Below are positions 49,530 through 59,119 of a stretch of 64,000 nucleotides of DNA, in pieces. Within the stretch, counting starts at the first letter, position 1; each line of letters starts with the position of its first letter. The notes beneath the pieces are model-generated. The model had not been told where the DNA came from and did no database searches. It was given only the letters and a program-made list of their open reading frames with translations. The stretch covers positions 1 through 64,000 of the forward strand of contig DXJL01000056.1 in assembly GCA_019057635.1 (NCBI GenBank), given 5' to 3'. Made by a program: the position numbers and the translations under genes. Source of the stretch: Candidatus Heimdallarchaeota archaeon. GTDB taxonomy: Archaea; Asgardarchaeota; Heimdallarchaeia; Hodarchaeales; Hodarchaeaceae.

Positions 49530-50665
49530 GTCTTTATTTTTTCCAAAAATATTTCAATTTTCTTTTTATTAATAGGATTGGGTAAAGCAATTTCTAATTT
49601 ATCCCGATAAGCGCAGCAAGTTTTATCATCTAATGACTCAATTGACGGTACATTTCCATGATAACCAAATTGTATTGGCCGTAAACCAACTATATTCGAT
49701 TGAGACTCCATTGCACTTAGTGCTTTAAAACTAATCGTTTCACCATTATGATTAAAGCAGGTAGGACTGATAAACGTCTGAACACTTCCATCTGAAACGT
49801 AATTTTGACATATTGCTTCACAGACGGTCTGACAGTAGAAACAAAGATTATTATCATCCTTATGTAAATCAAAAAATGATTTTAGTTCAATAAAAGCATG
49901 TATTGGAGAAAAATGTTTTTCCACATATTTAATAAAAATATTTTCTGACTTTTTACCAGTTCTGAAGAACAATGGTAGAATTTTGACTCCCCTCTTTTTC
50001 ATAAGCCATGCGGCTAATATTGAGTTCACATTAGGACGAATTAAAGCTATAGCAGTTCCTTGTGAGTTTGAAGGGATTCCATCCATCCCCTTTATGATCT
50101 CTGAATAAATAAATGTCAATTTTCCTCGAACGTCAAGGAATATCTCAACTTGAGGTACCGTAAGATTGACTTTAAGTCCAGAAATGTCAGATTCTAAAAT
50201 TTTACTTCCTAGTTTTGCGGCGATTTCCATTGAGGAAAATGGATGTAAGCCCTCACGTCTGACCCTTACTGCAAAGCTACTATGAGGTGGAAAAAATTCA
50301 AGTGCCAATTTGACACCATTGGCTAGGATTTCTTCTTCATCACTTCTAATGACGAAAGCTTGACTTAAAGAGGAGATCCCACTTATTTGCTGTGCAATTT
50401 GGAGAATAATATTCTGAGGAATAACTGGAGGATTAAAATTAATTAGAAGACGACCACGAAAATCAATTATCGAAAAAGTTAGCTCAGCCTTTTTCAATAG
50501 TTCATTGATATTTGCACGAAGTAAACTGATCATACGACGTCTAGTTCTTCGACTTTTGATCCCAAGTTCTCCTCCCATCCGAATGAGTAGAACATTACTA
50601 CCAATAAGTTCAGAATAACCCTTATTTTGATCCAATGTAAACCCAAGGGGATTAGGAGAATTCAA
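49523..50665 (-). CDS. THUMP-domain ThiI-like protein with degenerate PP-loop
   Basis: IRMGGELGIKS, SFAVRVRR, KVNLTVP, GMDGIP..SQG, AAWLMKKRG. SGGxDS is absent. Confidence 0.82.
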   Translation of the reverse strand: MNSPNPLGFTLDQNKGYSELIGSNVLLIRMGGELGIKSRRTRRRMISLLRANINELLKKAELTFSIIDFRGRLLINFNPPVIPQNIILQIAQQISGISSLSQAFVIRSDEEEILANGVKLALEFFPPHSSFAVRVRREGLHPFSSMEIAAKLGSKILESDISGLKVNLTVPQVEIFLDVRGKLTFIYSEIIKGMDGIPSNSQGTAIALIRPNVNSILAAWLMKKRGVKILPLFFRTGKKSENIFIKYVEKHFSPIHAFIELKSFFDLHKDDNNLCFYCQTVCEAICQNYVSDGSVQTFISPTCFNHNGETISFKALSAMESQSNIVGLRPIQFGYHGNVPSIESLDDKTCCAYRDKLEIALPNPINKKKIEIFLEKIKTQ

Positions 50666-50798
50666 TTAGAGAAAACAGAAGTCTAATATTGTGTGCATAT
50701 AAATGAGCGTTTCAGAGTAACTATAATCTATCATAGCAAAGCTCAAACTTGTCAGGTTTCATCATTACGCTCATAAATATGAATTTGAGGATTTTCCT

Positions 50799-51215
50799 TT
50801 AATCCTCAAGATCATCGTCGTCTTCTTTGAGTTCCTCTGAAGCACGTATTAATTCAGCCATGGAATATTGCTGATCAAACTTTTTCCAGATCGAAGATAC
50901 TATTTCTTCATCTAGTCCTTTAACCTTCTTTTCGACCAGTTTTTTAGCTTCAGCACGTTTCGCAGGTAACTCTGTAAATCCCCACATAGCAGCTGGGACA
51001 GCTTCAGGGTTTTTCTCAATGATGTAAACTGTTCCCTCTTGTTGTTGAAATGAAAAAAACTGAGGTTGGATAAGTGGACAATCTGATAATTTATGTAGTC
51101 CAGTTACAGTAAATAAATGATTACATCTTGTTTTATCTGGGGATGTTGCAGATGTTTTAAAAGCACAGTGACCTTTATCAAGGTATCTCCATGCTGTGAT
51201 TATTTCCGTTTTCAT
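50799..51215 (-). CDS. Mak16-like (eL28/Mak16 family) protein
   Basis: W...HCAFK...RCNHLFTVTGLHKLSDCPL...GTVY...MW..ELP aligns by eye with the Mak16 N-domain (FCSFK, CRNEYNxTGLC, SCPL). Acidic tail. Confidence 0.75.
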   Translation of the reverse strand: MKTEIITAWRYLDKGHCAFKTSATSPDKTRCNHLFTVTGLHKLSDCPLIQPQFFSFQQQEGTVYIIEKNPEAVPAAMWGFTELPAKRAEAKKLVEKKVKGLDEEIVSSIWKKFDQQYSMAELIRASEELKEDDDDLED

Positions 51216-51272
51216 GATTTATCACTCTAATATTTTGAAAGATAACTTTATTGTTTAATACAATAGGATAAT

Positions 51273-51345
51273 AGCCGCTGGTGGGACTTGAACCCACGAC
51301 CAACAGATTACAAATCTGTCGCTCTACCAACTAAGCCACAGCGGC
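51273..51345 (-). tRNA. tRNA-Thr(TGT)
   Basis: GCCGCTG/CAGCGGC+T, ACAGA-TT-TGT-AA-TCTGT, GTGGG-TTCAAGT-CCCAC. No intron. Confidence 0.96.
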
Positions 51346-51557
51346 AACTCTTTTATTTTACTCTCATGTCGATATCAATATAATCTCGAATGGTCGATTG
51401 GTAGAGTTTACTTTGCCTTAAGTTGGGATAACGAAATAAGGTTCACCCCATACATTATTCAACCTACAGGTGGCTTCTATCACCACTCCTTTAATCCGCT
51501 CTTAAATTTGCTTAAAGCCTTACCGAGTAATAAATGATATGATATCGGTTAATTTCG

Positions 51558-51971
51558 TCACTCAATCATTAAATAACTTTGATTTCGAATAAAGAGAGTT
51601 AGGAGCCCTTTTTTTCTAGCTAGTCGCTTCAATTGCCTGTCATTTGTGGCGATCATCCCGTTATGTCTTTCCCCATACTCTAAAAGAATAAAATCGATAT
51701 TTTTGTGATCATAATCTGATTGCCAAATCTTGCAATATTTTTCTACATAGGTGAGGGCAATCTGAGCTTCTTTTTCCACCTTTATTTTTCCGCTCTGGTG
51801 TAGTTTAGTCAGTTCATTGAGAATAGGTCTCAAGACAATTAATTTTCGTTTACCTGGTAGAACACGATCGAGTTCATAGCTCAAATTAAAACTTGTCATT
51901 TGGCCAATGGCCATTAAAAAATTAGTGTCAAGAAAAATAACTTTTCCAGAATCTTCAATAGACGAGATTAT
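51558..51971 (-). CDS. PIN-domain protein, Fcf1/Utp24-like
   Basis: IFLDTNFLM, ILNEL, NIDFILL, IATNDRQLKR. Conserved position after eIF2-gamma. Start is either ATA at 51971 or ATG at 52028. Confidence 0.88.
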   Translation of the reverse strand: MISSIEDSGKVIFLDTNFLMAIGQMTSFNLSYELDRVLPGKRKLIVLRPILNELTKLHQSGKIKVEKEAQIALTYVEKYCKIWQSDYDHKNIDFILLEYGERHNGMIATNDRQLKRLARKKGLLTLFIRNQSYLMIE

Positions 51972-53500
51972 TACCCAGCCCGTTGTTCTTTTCCGCTTGT
52001 GACCGTTCCCCAGCCTATCAAACGCCATCTTCTGTCTATTTGGCGACTAATTGCGATTCTTATACCAGTTTCAGCACATACAGGTAATCGTAAGCTCACA
52101 GCAACATTCCCTTTTGCAGCCATTACCACTTTTCCGACAGTTTTGGCTGTTCCAACACTTAACATCAGATTTTCATGCATTTCTATATTTTGAACCGTGC
52201 TTTGAGATTCGCTTCCAACTACGCGTTCCATCAAATGTGATTCAAATTCTAAAGTATCCCAACTAGGAGGTAAAGAATCAGAATATCCGACAACATTTCC
52301 TACTAACATATCACTCTTTGTTAGAGCAGGATCTAAATTTGTACCAATTCCTATCAATCCCCCTGGATGCGCGGTATCTAATTCCCCAAATCCAGAACGT
52401 AGGCTCACAATTTTTGTATTTAAGAATTTGTATTTGTTCCCTCTCCTAACTCCCGGTCGTATTTGTATATCGTCTCCTACAGAAAATTTCCCCTGAATAA
52501 TACTACCTCCAACAACACCCCCTTGAAGTTTCCCAGGAGATTGACCAGGTTTATTCACATCGAATGATCTGGCTATAAGCATTTGTGGTGGAATATCTGC
52601 ATCTCGGGGAGGTGTCGGAAGATTTTCTTCAATGTTCTGTATCAATAAATCAATATTAGAGTGATGTACAGCACTAATAGGGATAACTGGTGATTTTTTA
52701 GCAGATGTGGTCGAAATGAATTTTTTTAAATCTTTAAAGTTCGTAACAGCTTCTTTTTCGGTAACTAATTCAATTTTATTCTGGCAAACAATAACTTTTT
52801 CCATTCCTATTATGTCCATGGCAGCTAAATGTTCACGAGTTTGAGGCATAGGTACTCGTTCATTTGCAGCTACCACTAAGATAGCTCCATCCATTATACT
52901 TGCCCCAGAAAGCATTGTTGCCATTAACACTTCGTGACCTGGTGCATCTACGAAAGCAACACGTCTTAGCAAGACAGTTTCCTTCCCACAATTGGCACAG
53001 ACTTTTTTTGTTGTGTATTTAGTTGGTGCTTCACACTTTACACATTCACGAAATTCTGTTTCAGCGTATCCAAGTCGAATAGAAATTCCTCTTCGAATTT
53101 CTTCACTATGAGTATCTGGGAATTTTCCTGTTAGTGCTTGTGTCAAAGTTGATTTACCATGATCTACATGACCAATCATACCCAAACTAATCTCTGCTTG
53201 ATTTGGTATTTCATCAGTTTTCTTTGGCCTTGTAGAGGTTTTTTTCTTTGTCGCAGTTTTAGTTGTCTTTTTTGCTGCAGCTTTCTTTTCTTTCGCTGGT
53301 GTTGTCTTTACTGCTTTTTTTGTTTTAGCTTTAGTTGTGATCTTTGTTGCAGTTTTCTTTCCTTTCGTTGCTGTTGCCTTTGTTGTCTTTGTAGTTTTTT
53401 TTGTCGTAGTCTTTGGCAATTTAGACGAATCAACCTCAGTTGATTTCGCTGGGGCAGCTTTTGTCTTACTTGTTAGCGCTTTCTTCTTCCGTGGCGACAT
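51971..53500 (-). CDS. eif2g: Translation initiation factor 2 gamma with Lys/Thr/Ala-rich N-terminal extension
   Basis: GHVDHGKST, RGISIRLGY, DAPGHEVLMATMLSG, QNKIE, RWRLIGWG. Confidence 0.97.
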   Translation of the reverse strand: MSPRKKKALTSKTKAAPAKSTEVDSSKLPKTTTKKTTKTTKATATKGKKTATKITTKAKTKKAVKTTPAKEKKAAAKKTTKTATKKKTSTRPKKTDEIPNQAEISLGMIGHVDHGKSTLTQALTGKFPDTHSEEIRRGISIRLGYAETEFRECVKCEAPTKYTTKKVCANCGKETVLLRRVAFVDAPGHEVLMATMLSGASIMDGAILVVAANERVPMPQTREHLAAMDIIGMEKVIVCQNKIELVTEKEAVTNFKDLKKFISTTSAKKSPVIPISAVHHSNIDLLIQNIEENLPTPPRDADIPPQMLIARSFDVNKPGQSPGKLQGGVVGGSIIQGKFSVGDDIQIRPGVRRGNKYKFLNTKIVSLRSGFGELDTAHPGGLIGIGTNLDPALTKSDMLVGNVVGYSDSLPPSWDTLEFESHLMERVVGSESQSTVQNIEMHENLMLSVGTAKTVGKVVMAAKGNVAVSLRLPVCAETGIRIAISRQIDRRWRLIGWGTVTSGKEQRAG

Positions 53501-53520
53501 AAGAATCCTCGAAGTTTGGT

Positions 53521-53895
53521 TTACAGTAACTCTTCTATCGGGCTACTTCCTCTTTCGGTAATTTTCAGATTAATTTGATAAATATCTTCACTAATCAGAG
53601 AACCCCGAACACGTTTTCGTCTTCTCCGCCCTTTCCGTTGTGGTTTGTATCCTACTCCTCTGTGACCGATGAGTATTCGTTTTGGCATTGCACCGTCTAC
53701 ACCCGGAGCCATTGGAAAACCTGAATGATCAGAACCGCCAGTTATCTTGAATTTATACCCTTCAAAACCAATTGTTGAACCTTCCAGCTCATCCCCAACG
53801 GACATTCCGATTAATGGGCGAGTCATAGAGTCTTCATCTATTTCCTTTTTATAGCTCTGTTTCGCATCAGCTAAATTTAATTGAAATCGAACCAT
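53521..53895 (-). CDS. rps6e: 30S ribosomal protein eS6
   Basis: FKITGGSDHSGFPM, GRRRRKRVRG. Confidence 0.96.
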   Translation of the reverse strand: MVRFQLNLADAKQSYKKEIDEDSMTRPLIGMSVGDELEGSTIGFEGYKFKITGGSDHSGFPMAPGVDGAMPKRILIGHRGVGYKPQRKGRRRRKRVRGSLISEDIYQINLKITERGSSPIEELL

Positions 53896-54164
53896 GTTCT
53901 CATCTCTTACCTTTTTACAATACTACAAAGGTGTGAATTCCTTGTAATCAATAGTAATATCGCTAACAGGTCAATGGTGTCGTTAGATGTTCTTAAGTTC
54001 CAGATTCTTATTTCTTCTTATGAAAGATTTTAAGTCTTTACAGAAGAGCTTTTTCCTATTGGTTAGTTTGTTACAGAAGAAAAAACGTTACCAATTCCAT
54101 TCTACAAATATCTGAGCATTCAACTAATCTCGTGGAATGAACACTTATAAGATACAAATTTTTG

Positions 54165-55958
54165 CTAAACAGCCCAATATTTGTTAACAGTTCTTCGTTT
54201 TATTTCAATCAGTTCACTTAAAGCATCCATTTCTGATCCAGACAGAATTTTATCAGCCAATATCTTTCGAGCGTGAGTCTCTGGAACATTTACCCAGAGT
54301 TCATCACCTTCTTTAACTTGACGACCAGCGGTGGGGCCTTTGATCGCGACAGCAACTTGATTACTCACTTGAGCTTTTGGTAAATTTTCCCCACTGTCTT
54401 GAATTTGCAATAGATGTCCAATTACTTTGTTATCACGGTTTATTAAATCAACCTTCGGAGTCAAAATTCCAGATAGGACTTCTACACCTACAATACAAGG
54501 TTTACACTGCCTAAATATGAAGGGAAGAACTTTAATCTTACTTGGTCTAATAATATCTTTCAGGGCTTCTAGTTCTTCTTCTTGTTGTATTTTGTATTGA
54601 TATTCTTGGTATTCTTCACTAAGCTGATAGATAATATCACTTTGCAATATTGGAATTTGTAATCTATTACTTTCTTCTTGTGCATCCTCGAGAACGGTTG
54701 TTCTAAATGCCAATATAATACCAAATGTTTTATCTTTCTCCTTTGATAGAGAGGCTTGGTAAATATCTTTTTTTGTAACATCACCCACCGCCGCGAAACG
54801 AATCTGTATACTCGAGTCTCTTAAGAAGTTTACTAGGGCTTCCAGTGAGCCTAAAGCATCAGCTTTTACAATAACACCAGCCTCATCTGTTTCCACTAAA
54901 ATACTAGCAAGTTCATCTTCAATTCGTTGAACTGCATCCTTTTCACTTTTTTCAGTAACAACATACAATGAAGAGCCTGCAATTGCATCTTCAAGCTCTG
55001 GAGCGACAATTTTCACCCCTATTGCTGCTATTGCTTCATCAACGTTTTCAAACTTGTTTCTTGGATCCCGAATCTCATCTAGATCTTTTGGTAATAAAAG
55101 TGCACGTACTTTGGTGGATATCACACCATTTTTTCCTGCTATCACGATTTGGGAATCATTTCGAATTATTCCATCAAAGAGGATAACATCAATGGTTGTT
55201 CCAAGCCCTACCTCTTTTTTAACTTCAAGGGCTACTCCTTTTCCACTGTCGAGATGAAGTTCCAGCTGTGTTTTCAGATACTGTTCGGTTAAAGTTGCTA
55301 AGACAAGGAATAGTTCTGGAATACCTTCTCCTGTCACAGCGGAGGTGGGTATTATCGCAATTTTCTTTGCAAAGTTTTTAATTTTATCATATCTTTCAGG
55401 TTCTAGGTTAAAATGGCTTAATTCAGCCATAATTTCGTAAATGACTGTTTGGAGAGCATCTTGTGTACTAGCAGACTGTTTTTTTAATGATTGCACAAGT
55501 GATAATTTTGGATAACTTTTCCAGCCAGGTAGTCTATCGATTTTGTTTGCTGCGATTAAGAAGGGTACTTTATTTCTTACTAGAATTCGTAATGATTCAA
55601 CAGTTTGAGGTTGAATCCCCCTCCGTACATCAATTACAAGAATTGAAAAATTGGCTGTGCTGGCTCCTCTTGATCTCAAATTCATAAAGGCTGCGTGGCC
55701 TGGAGTATCAATTATTAGAATTCCAGGTATATGTAATTTCTTCTTCGCTTCACCCAATAACTTACCACACAATGCAGTAACAGTGTCAATCGGGAAAAAA
55801 CTGGCACCTATATGCTGAGTTATCCCTCCTGTTTCTCGTGCTTGCACTGCTGTGCCTCTTACTTTATCTAGCAAACTTGTTTTTCCAGAATCAACATGAC
55901 CCAAGATAACGGTAATTGGACTCCTCATTAATTCTATAGACTCGTTTTCTTCCGTCAA
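54165..55958 (-). CDS. infB: Translation initiation factor aIF5B/IF-2
   Basis: RSPITVILGHVDSGKT, GGITQHIGA, DTPGH, NKID, KADALGSLEAL. Confidence 0.97.
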   Translation of the reverse strand: MTEENESIELMRSPITVILGHVDSGKTSLLDKVRGTAVQARETGGITQHIGASFFPIDTVTALCGKLLGEAKKKLHIPGILIIDTPGHAAFMNLRSRGASTANFSILVIDVRRGIQPQTVESLRILVRNKVPFLIAANKIDRLPGWKSYPKLSLVQSLKKQSASTQDALQTVIYEIMAELSHFNLEPERYDKIKNFAKKIAIIPTSAVTGEGIPELFLVLATLTEQYLKTQLELHLDSGKGVALEVKKEVGLGTTIDVILFDGIIRNDSQIVIAGKNGVISTKVRALLLPKDLDEIRDPRNKFENVDEAIAAIGVKIVAPELEDAIAGSSLYVVTEKSEKDAVQRIEDELASILVETDEAGVIVKADALGSLEALVNFLRDSSIQIRFAAVGDVTKKDIYQASLSKEKDKTFGIILAFRTTVLEDAQEESNRLQIPILQSDIIYQLSEEYQEYQYKIQQEEELEALKDIIRPSKIKVLPFIFRQCKPCIVGVEVLSGILTPKVDLINRDNKVIGHLLQIQDSGENLPKAQVSNQVAVAIKGPTAGRQVKEGDELWVNVPETHARKILADKILSGSEMDALSELIEIKRRTVNKYWAV

Positions 55959-56243
55959 TACATTCTCTCCAGTATTTTTTCACAATCATTACAAATCATT
56001 CTGTGACTTGACCTGAGAAGATGACAAATGAATGAATTTAATATATCATTTCAATTCGCATTATCTTGATAAGCACCCAGTCTCGCCTAGATTCAATCAT
56101 AAATGCTGATCCAAGTAGCTTACATGTCATGAAATAGAAAATCCTAACACATTGAATTACTTACCGTTGATTAAAAGCGAAAATTTATGACCCTATCCCA
56201 ATTGTATTGATTTGTGTTAGAATTATACGGAGACTGAAACTCT

Positions 56244-56651
56244 TTGCGTAGGGACAATACTCATTATTTCATTTACCCAGAATATTTCGATAAAACACTT
56301 AAACGCAGCGAAGGACGAAGATTATCTATTGAAGATTCATTAGACAATCCTTCAATATTGGAAATTCGATTAGCAGCAGAAAAATTGGGTCTCAATTATG
56401 AGATTAGAGATTCTGGGAGCTATCCTCGCCAATGGTGGAATCCAAAGGGCTTAATTCTCGTCGAGAAAAAAGAATCAAAATTAAAGACAATTCGAACTTT
56501 GAGTTTTGAGATTGACAAAAATATTAAACCTGCGCTTGAGAAAAAAAGAAAAGAAGTCAAAGAAGCAAAGAAGAAAAGAAGTTCTAAACCTAGTATAAAA
56601 ATGTCAAAGAAAAAAAGTAAATCTGAATTTCGTCCAAAAAGACGAAGATGA
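56244..56651 (+). CDS. srp19: Signal recognition particle protein SRP19
   Basis: IYPEYFD...RSEGRR, NPS..EI, YPRQWW..G, Lys-rich tail. Confidence 0.93.
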   Translation: MRRDNTHYFIYPEYFDKTLKRSEGRRLSIEDSLDNPSILEIRLAAEKLGLNYEIRDSGSYPRQWWNPKGLILVEKKESKLKTIRTLSFEIDKNIKPALEKKRKEVKEAKKKRSSKPSIKMSKKKSKSEFRPKRRR

Positions 56652-56763
56652 ATCTTGAATATAGAATTTTTCACTTCTACTGGATTCGTAGCTAAAAGAA
56701 TCAGAATTTCATGAGTATTTCAAGCTTAAAAACAATTGGTAAGGGTTCAACAATGTTTGTATT

Positions 56764-57423
56764 TTGTTGAGGGGGGATAGAATGCGAAAAAAACGTGATA
56801 TATACACGAAACGAGCAAAACAGGAGGGGCATCGGAGTCGTGCATACTATAAACTATTACAAATAGACAAGAAATTCAAGATCTTTAATCCCAAACAAAT
56901 CGTGATCGACCTTTGTGGGGCACCTGGTGGGTTTTCTCAAGTAGCTCGTGACTGTACAAAAGGAAATGCATCAATAATTCTAGTAGATTTTGCTAGAATA
57001 AAACCAATACCAGGAATCAATAAAATTATTAAAGGAGATATCACCCAGCAATCCACCGTTCTTGAAATTCGTGAATCGGTTGAAGAATATCGGTCTACCT
57101 ATAACAGTATTATTGTTCTCGCTGATTGCTCACCAAATGTATCAGGAAATTGGTCAACGGATCAGGCCATCCAAATATGGTTATCTGATGTTGCTCTTGG
57201 AATCGCCAATTTTTTCTTAGCCGTTAAATTTGTTTCCAAGGCGTTTCAAGGAGAATCGTTCAGAAATTTCTTTGATAAAATCAAATTGTTTTATGCAGAT
57301 GTGAAAATTAACAAACCTCCGACGTCTAGAAAGACAAGTGCAGAAATATATGTCATTGCACAGAAAAGACGTGACCTAGGATTGAAATTATACGATACTA
57401 ATTCACTCCTCGCCGATGAATAA
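56764..57423 (+). CDS. rlmE: RlmE/FtsJ rRNA 2'-O-methyltransferase
   Basis: RSRAYYKL, DLCGAPGGFSQ, GDI, DCSPNVSG, SAEIY. Confidence 0.92.
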   Translation: MLRGDRMRKKRDIYTKRAKQEGHRSRAYYKLLQIDKKFKIFNPKQIVIDLCGAPGGFSQVARDCTKGNASIILVDFARIKPIPGINKIIKGDITQQSTVLEIRESVEEYRSTYNSIIVLADCSPNVSGNWSTDQAIQIWLSDVALGIANFFLAVKFVSKAFQGESFRNFFDKIKLFYADVKINKPPTSRKTSAEIYVIAQKRRDLGLKLYDTNSLLADE

Positions 57424-58611
57424 GTGACACAAATGGAATTTTCAAAAATCATTGAAGGAGGAAAAGAATATTATGTCCTTTCTCCAATTATTAACAATAC
57501 GATTCCTAGAAAGTCAGATGAAGTGTTTTTCAATCCCCATCAAAAAATTAACCGTGACATTTCTGTCTTAGTTTTGAAAGTATTTGCCAAATTGAATAAT
57601 AATGATAATATTGTAATTTGTGAACCTTTTGGAGGGATAGGTGTCAGAACCTGCCGTTATGCGTTAGAAGTTCCTTCTTCTACTATTCATTACAACGATG
57701 TTAATCCAAAGGCTTTCAGAATTGCTCAACACAATTTTTCACACTTATCAGAACCGTATAGGGATAAAATTTCTACTCACAATGGGGAATTCACAGATTT
57801 CCTAAATTCATTATATCTGGATCATCCTATAATGGATTTTATGGATATAGATCCTTATGGTTCGCCTATACCCTTTGTACACAGAAGTCTTAAATTCGTT
57901 ACAACACAGGGGTTACTTGCTTTCACAGCAACAGATCTGGCAAGTCTTTCTGGATTATATCCAAGGGCAATGTATGCGAAATACGGTATTGGAATGTTTG
58001 AGGATCGTATCGGTAATGTACATGAGTTAGCTGCACGTTCATTAATTACCGGAATACAAAGTATAGGTTTAACTCAAAACCAATCTTTACTTCCAGTTTT
58101 TACGCTGTATTACAGGCATTTTATTCGTACATTCATGATTAGAATTCGTGGGGTTGACAAAGTTCTTGATCGAACAGGTTTTCTTTGTAAATGCGATAAA
58201 TGTAATACAATGTTTCAAACTTCCCTAACTACAAAAGGAATAGAATGCTCTTTCTGTGAAAGCAATCGAATTAGGAGAGTAGGTCCTTTATATCTTGGAA
58301 AACTTCACAATGAGTCTTATTTAACTCCTCTTAACGATGATCCCAACATTAAAGACAAAAATAGTTCGAAAAATTTGTCGAAGATAATTAATCTAATACA
58401 TGAAGAAAACAAGCTAGATATTCCTTGGTCTTACGATTTACCGCACGTGGCGAAAAAAATCAGTCGACCAATTCCCCCAATGGACTTTATAATAGAAAAA
58501 CTAACCGAATTAGGTTATAAGTGCCATAAAACTCATTATTCGGGTACTAGTTTGAAAACAAATGCAAATTTCTCTGACCTCTGTGAGATACTCAAATTAT
58601 CTAGTGATTAA
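57424..58611 (+). CDS. trm1: tRNA (guanine-N2)-dimethyltransferase
   Basis: VFFNP..KINRD, GGIGVR, NDVN, DIDPYGSP, TATD, GPLYLG, THY...KTNA. Confidence 0.95.
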   Translation: MTQMEFSKIIEGGKEYYVLSPIINNTIPRKSDEVFFNPHQKINRDISVLVLKVFAKLNNNDNIVICEPFGGIGVRTCRYALEVPSSTIHYNDVNPKAFRIAQHNFSHLSEPYRDKISTHNGEFTDFLNSLYLDHPIMDFMDIDPYGSPIPFVHRSLKFVTTQGLLAFTATDLASLSGLYPRAMYAKYGIGMFEDRIGNVHELAARSLITGIQSIGLTQNQSLLPVFTLYYRHFIRTFMIRIRGVDKVLDRTGFLCKCDKCNTMFQTSLTTKGIECSFCESNRIRRVGPLYLGKLHNESYLTPLNDDPNIKDKNSSKNLSKIINLIHEENKLDIPWSYDLPHVAKKISRPIPPMDFIIEKLTELGYKCHKTHYSGTSLKTNANFSDLCEILKLSSD

Positions 58612-58725
58612 ATTATCCAAAAAATCATCCGAAAAAAGATTTATTCTCAATTCAAAATACTCCATTCGGTAAAAGAATCACGTGTGCTTCCTTTATTAAT
58701 TGGATATTACTATCTATAAAATATC

Positions 58726-58838
58726 AGGGACGTAGTCTAGCATGGTTTTAATTGCTTTCTGAATTAACACAGAGGTAATGACTAGATGATTCTTGGTTTG
58801 GGACCAAGAGGTCGCGGGTTCGAATCCCGTCGTCCCTA
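58726..58838 (+). tRNA. tRNA-Pro(TGG) with non-canonical intron in the D arm
   Basis: AGGGACG/CGTCCCT+A, CTTGG-TT-TGG-GA-CCAAG, GCGGG-TTCGAAT-CCCGT, about 36-38 extra nt within the D arm. Confidence 0.9.
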
Positions 58839-59119
58839 CCTTTCTTATCTTCTCAAAGAGTTTCTAATTTTGAATAAAATTAAGACTATCAACGGTATTT
58901 AGTTAATTGAAGTAACATTACTTCTAATGCTCTTTCTGGTTAGAAAAAGAATCAGCCTTTGATAATATTACTATACTAATTTTCTTCCTGTAAATGTTAA
59001 AGAATGATCATTTTTGAAGAGTAAGCTGTTCATCTTCCTCAAGACATAAAACTCAATTATCGTGTTTTAGTTTTTTCAACAATATAAAACGGGTTTCGGA
59101 TAACAAGGAACTTTAGATT

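Noticed and set aside
53159-53561. Cys/Phe-rich plus-strand ORFs
   Set aside because: Antisense shadows of the low-complexity eIF2-gamma tail. The other short overlapping ORFs in the track (e.g. 14515..14748, 23643..24047, 41946..42461) were rejected likewise.
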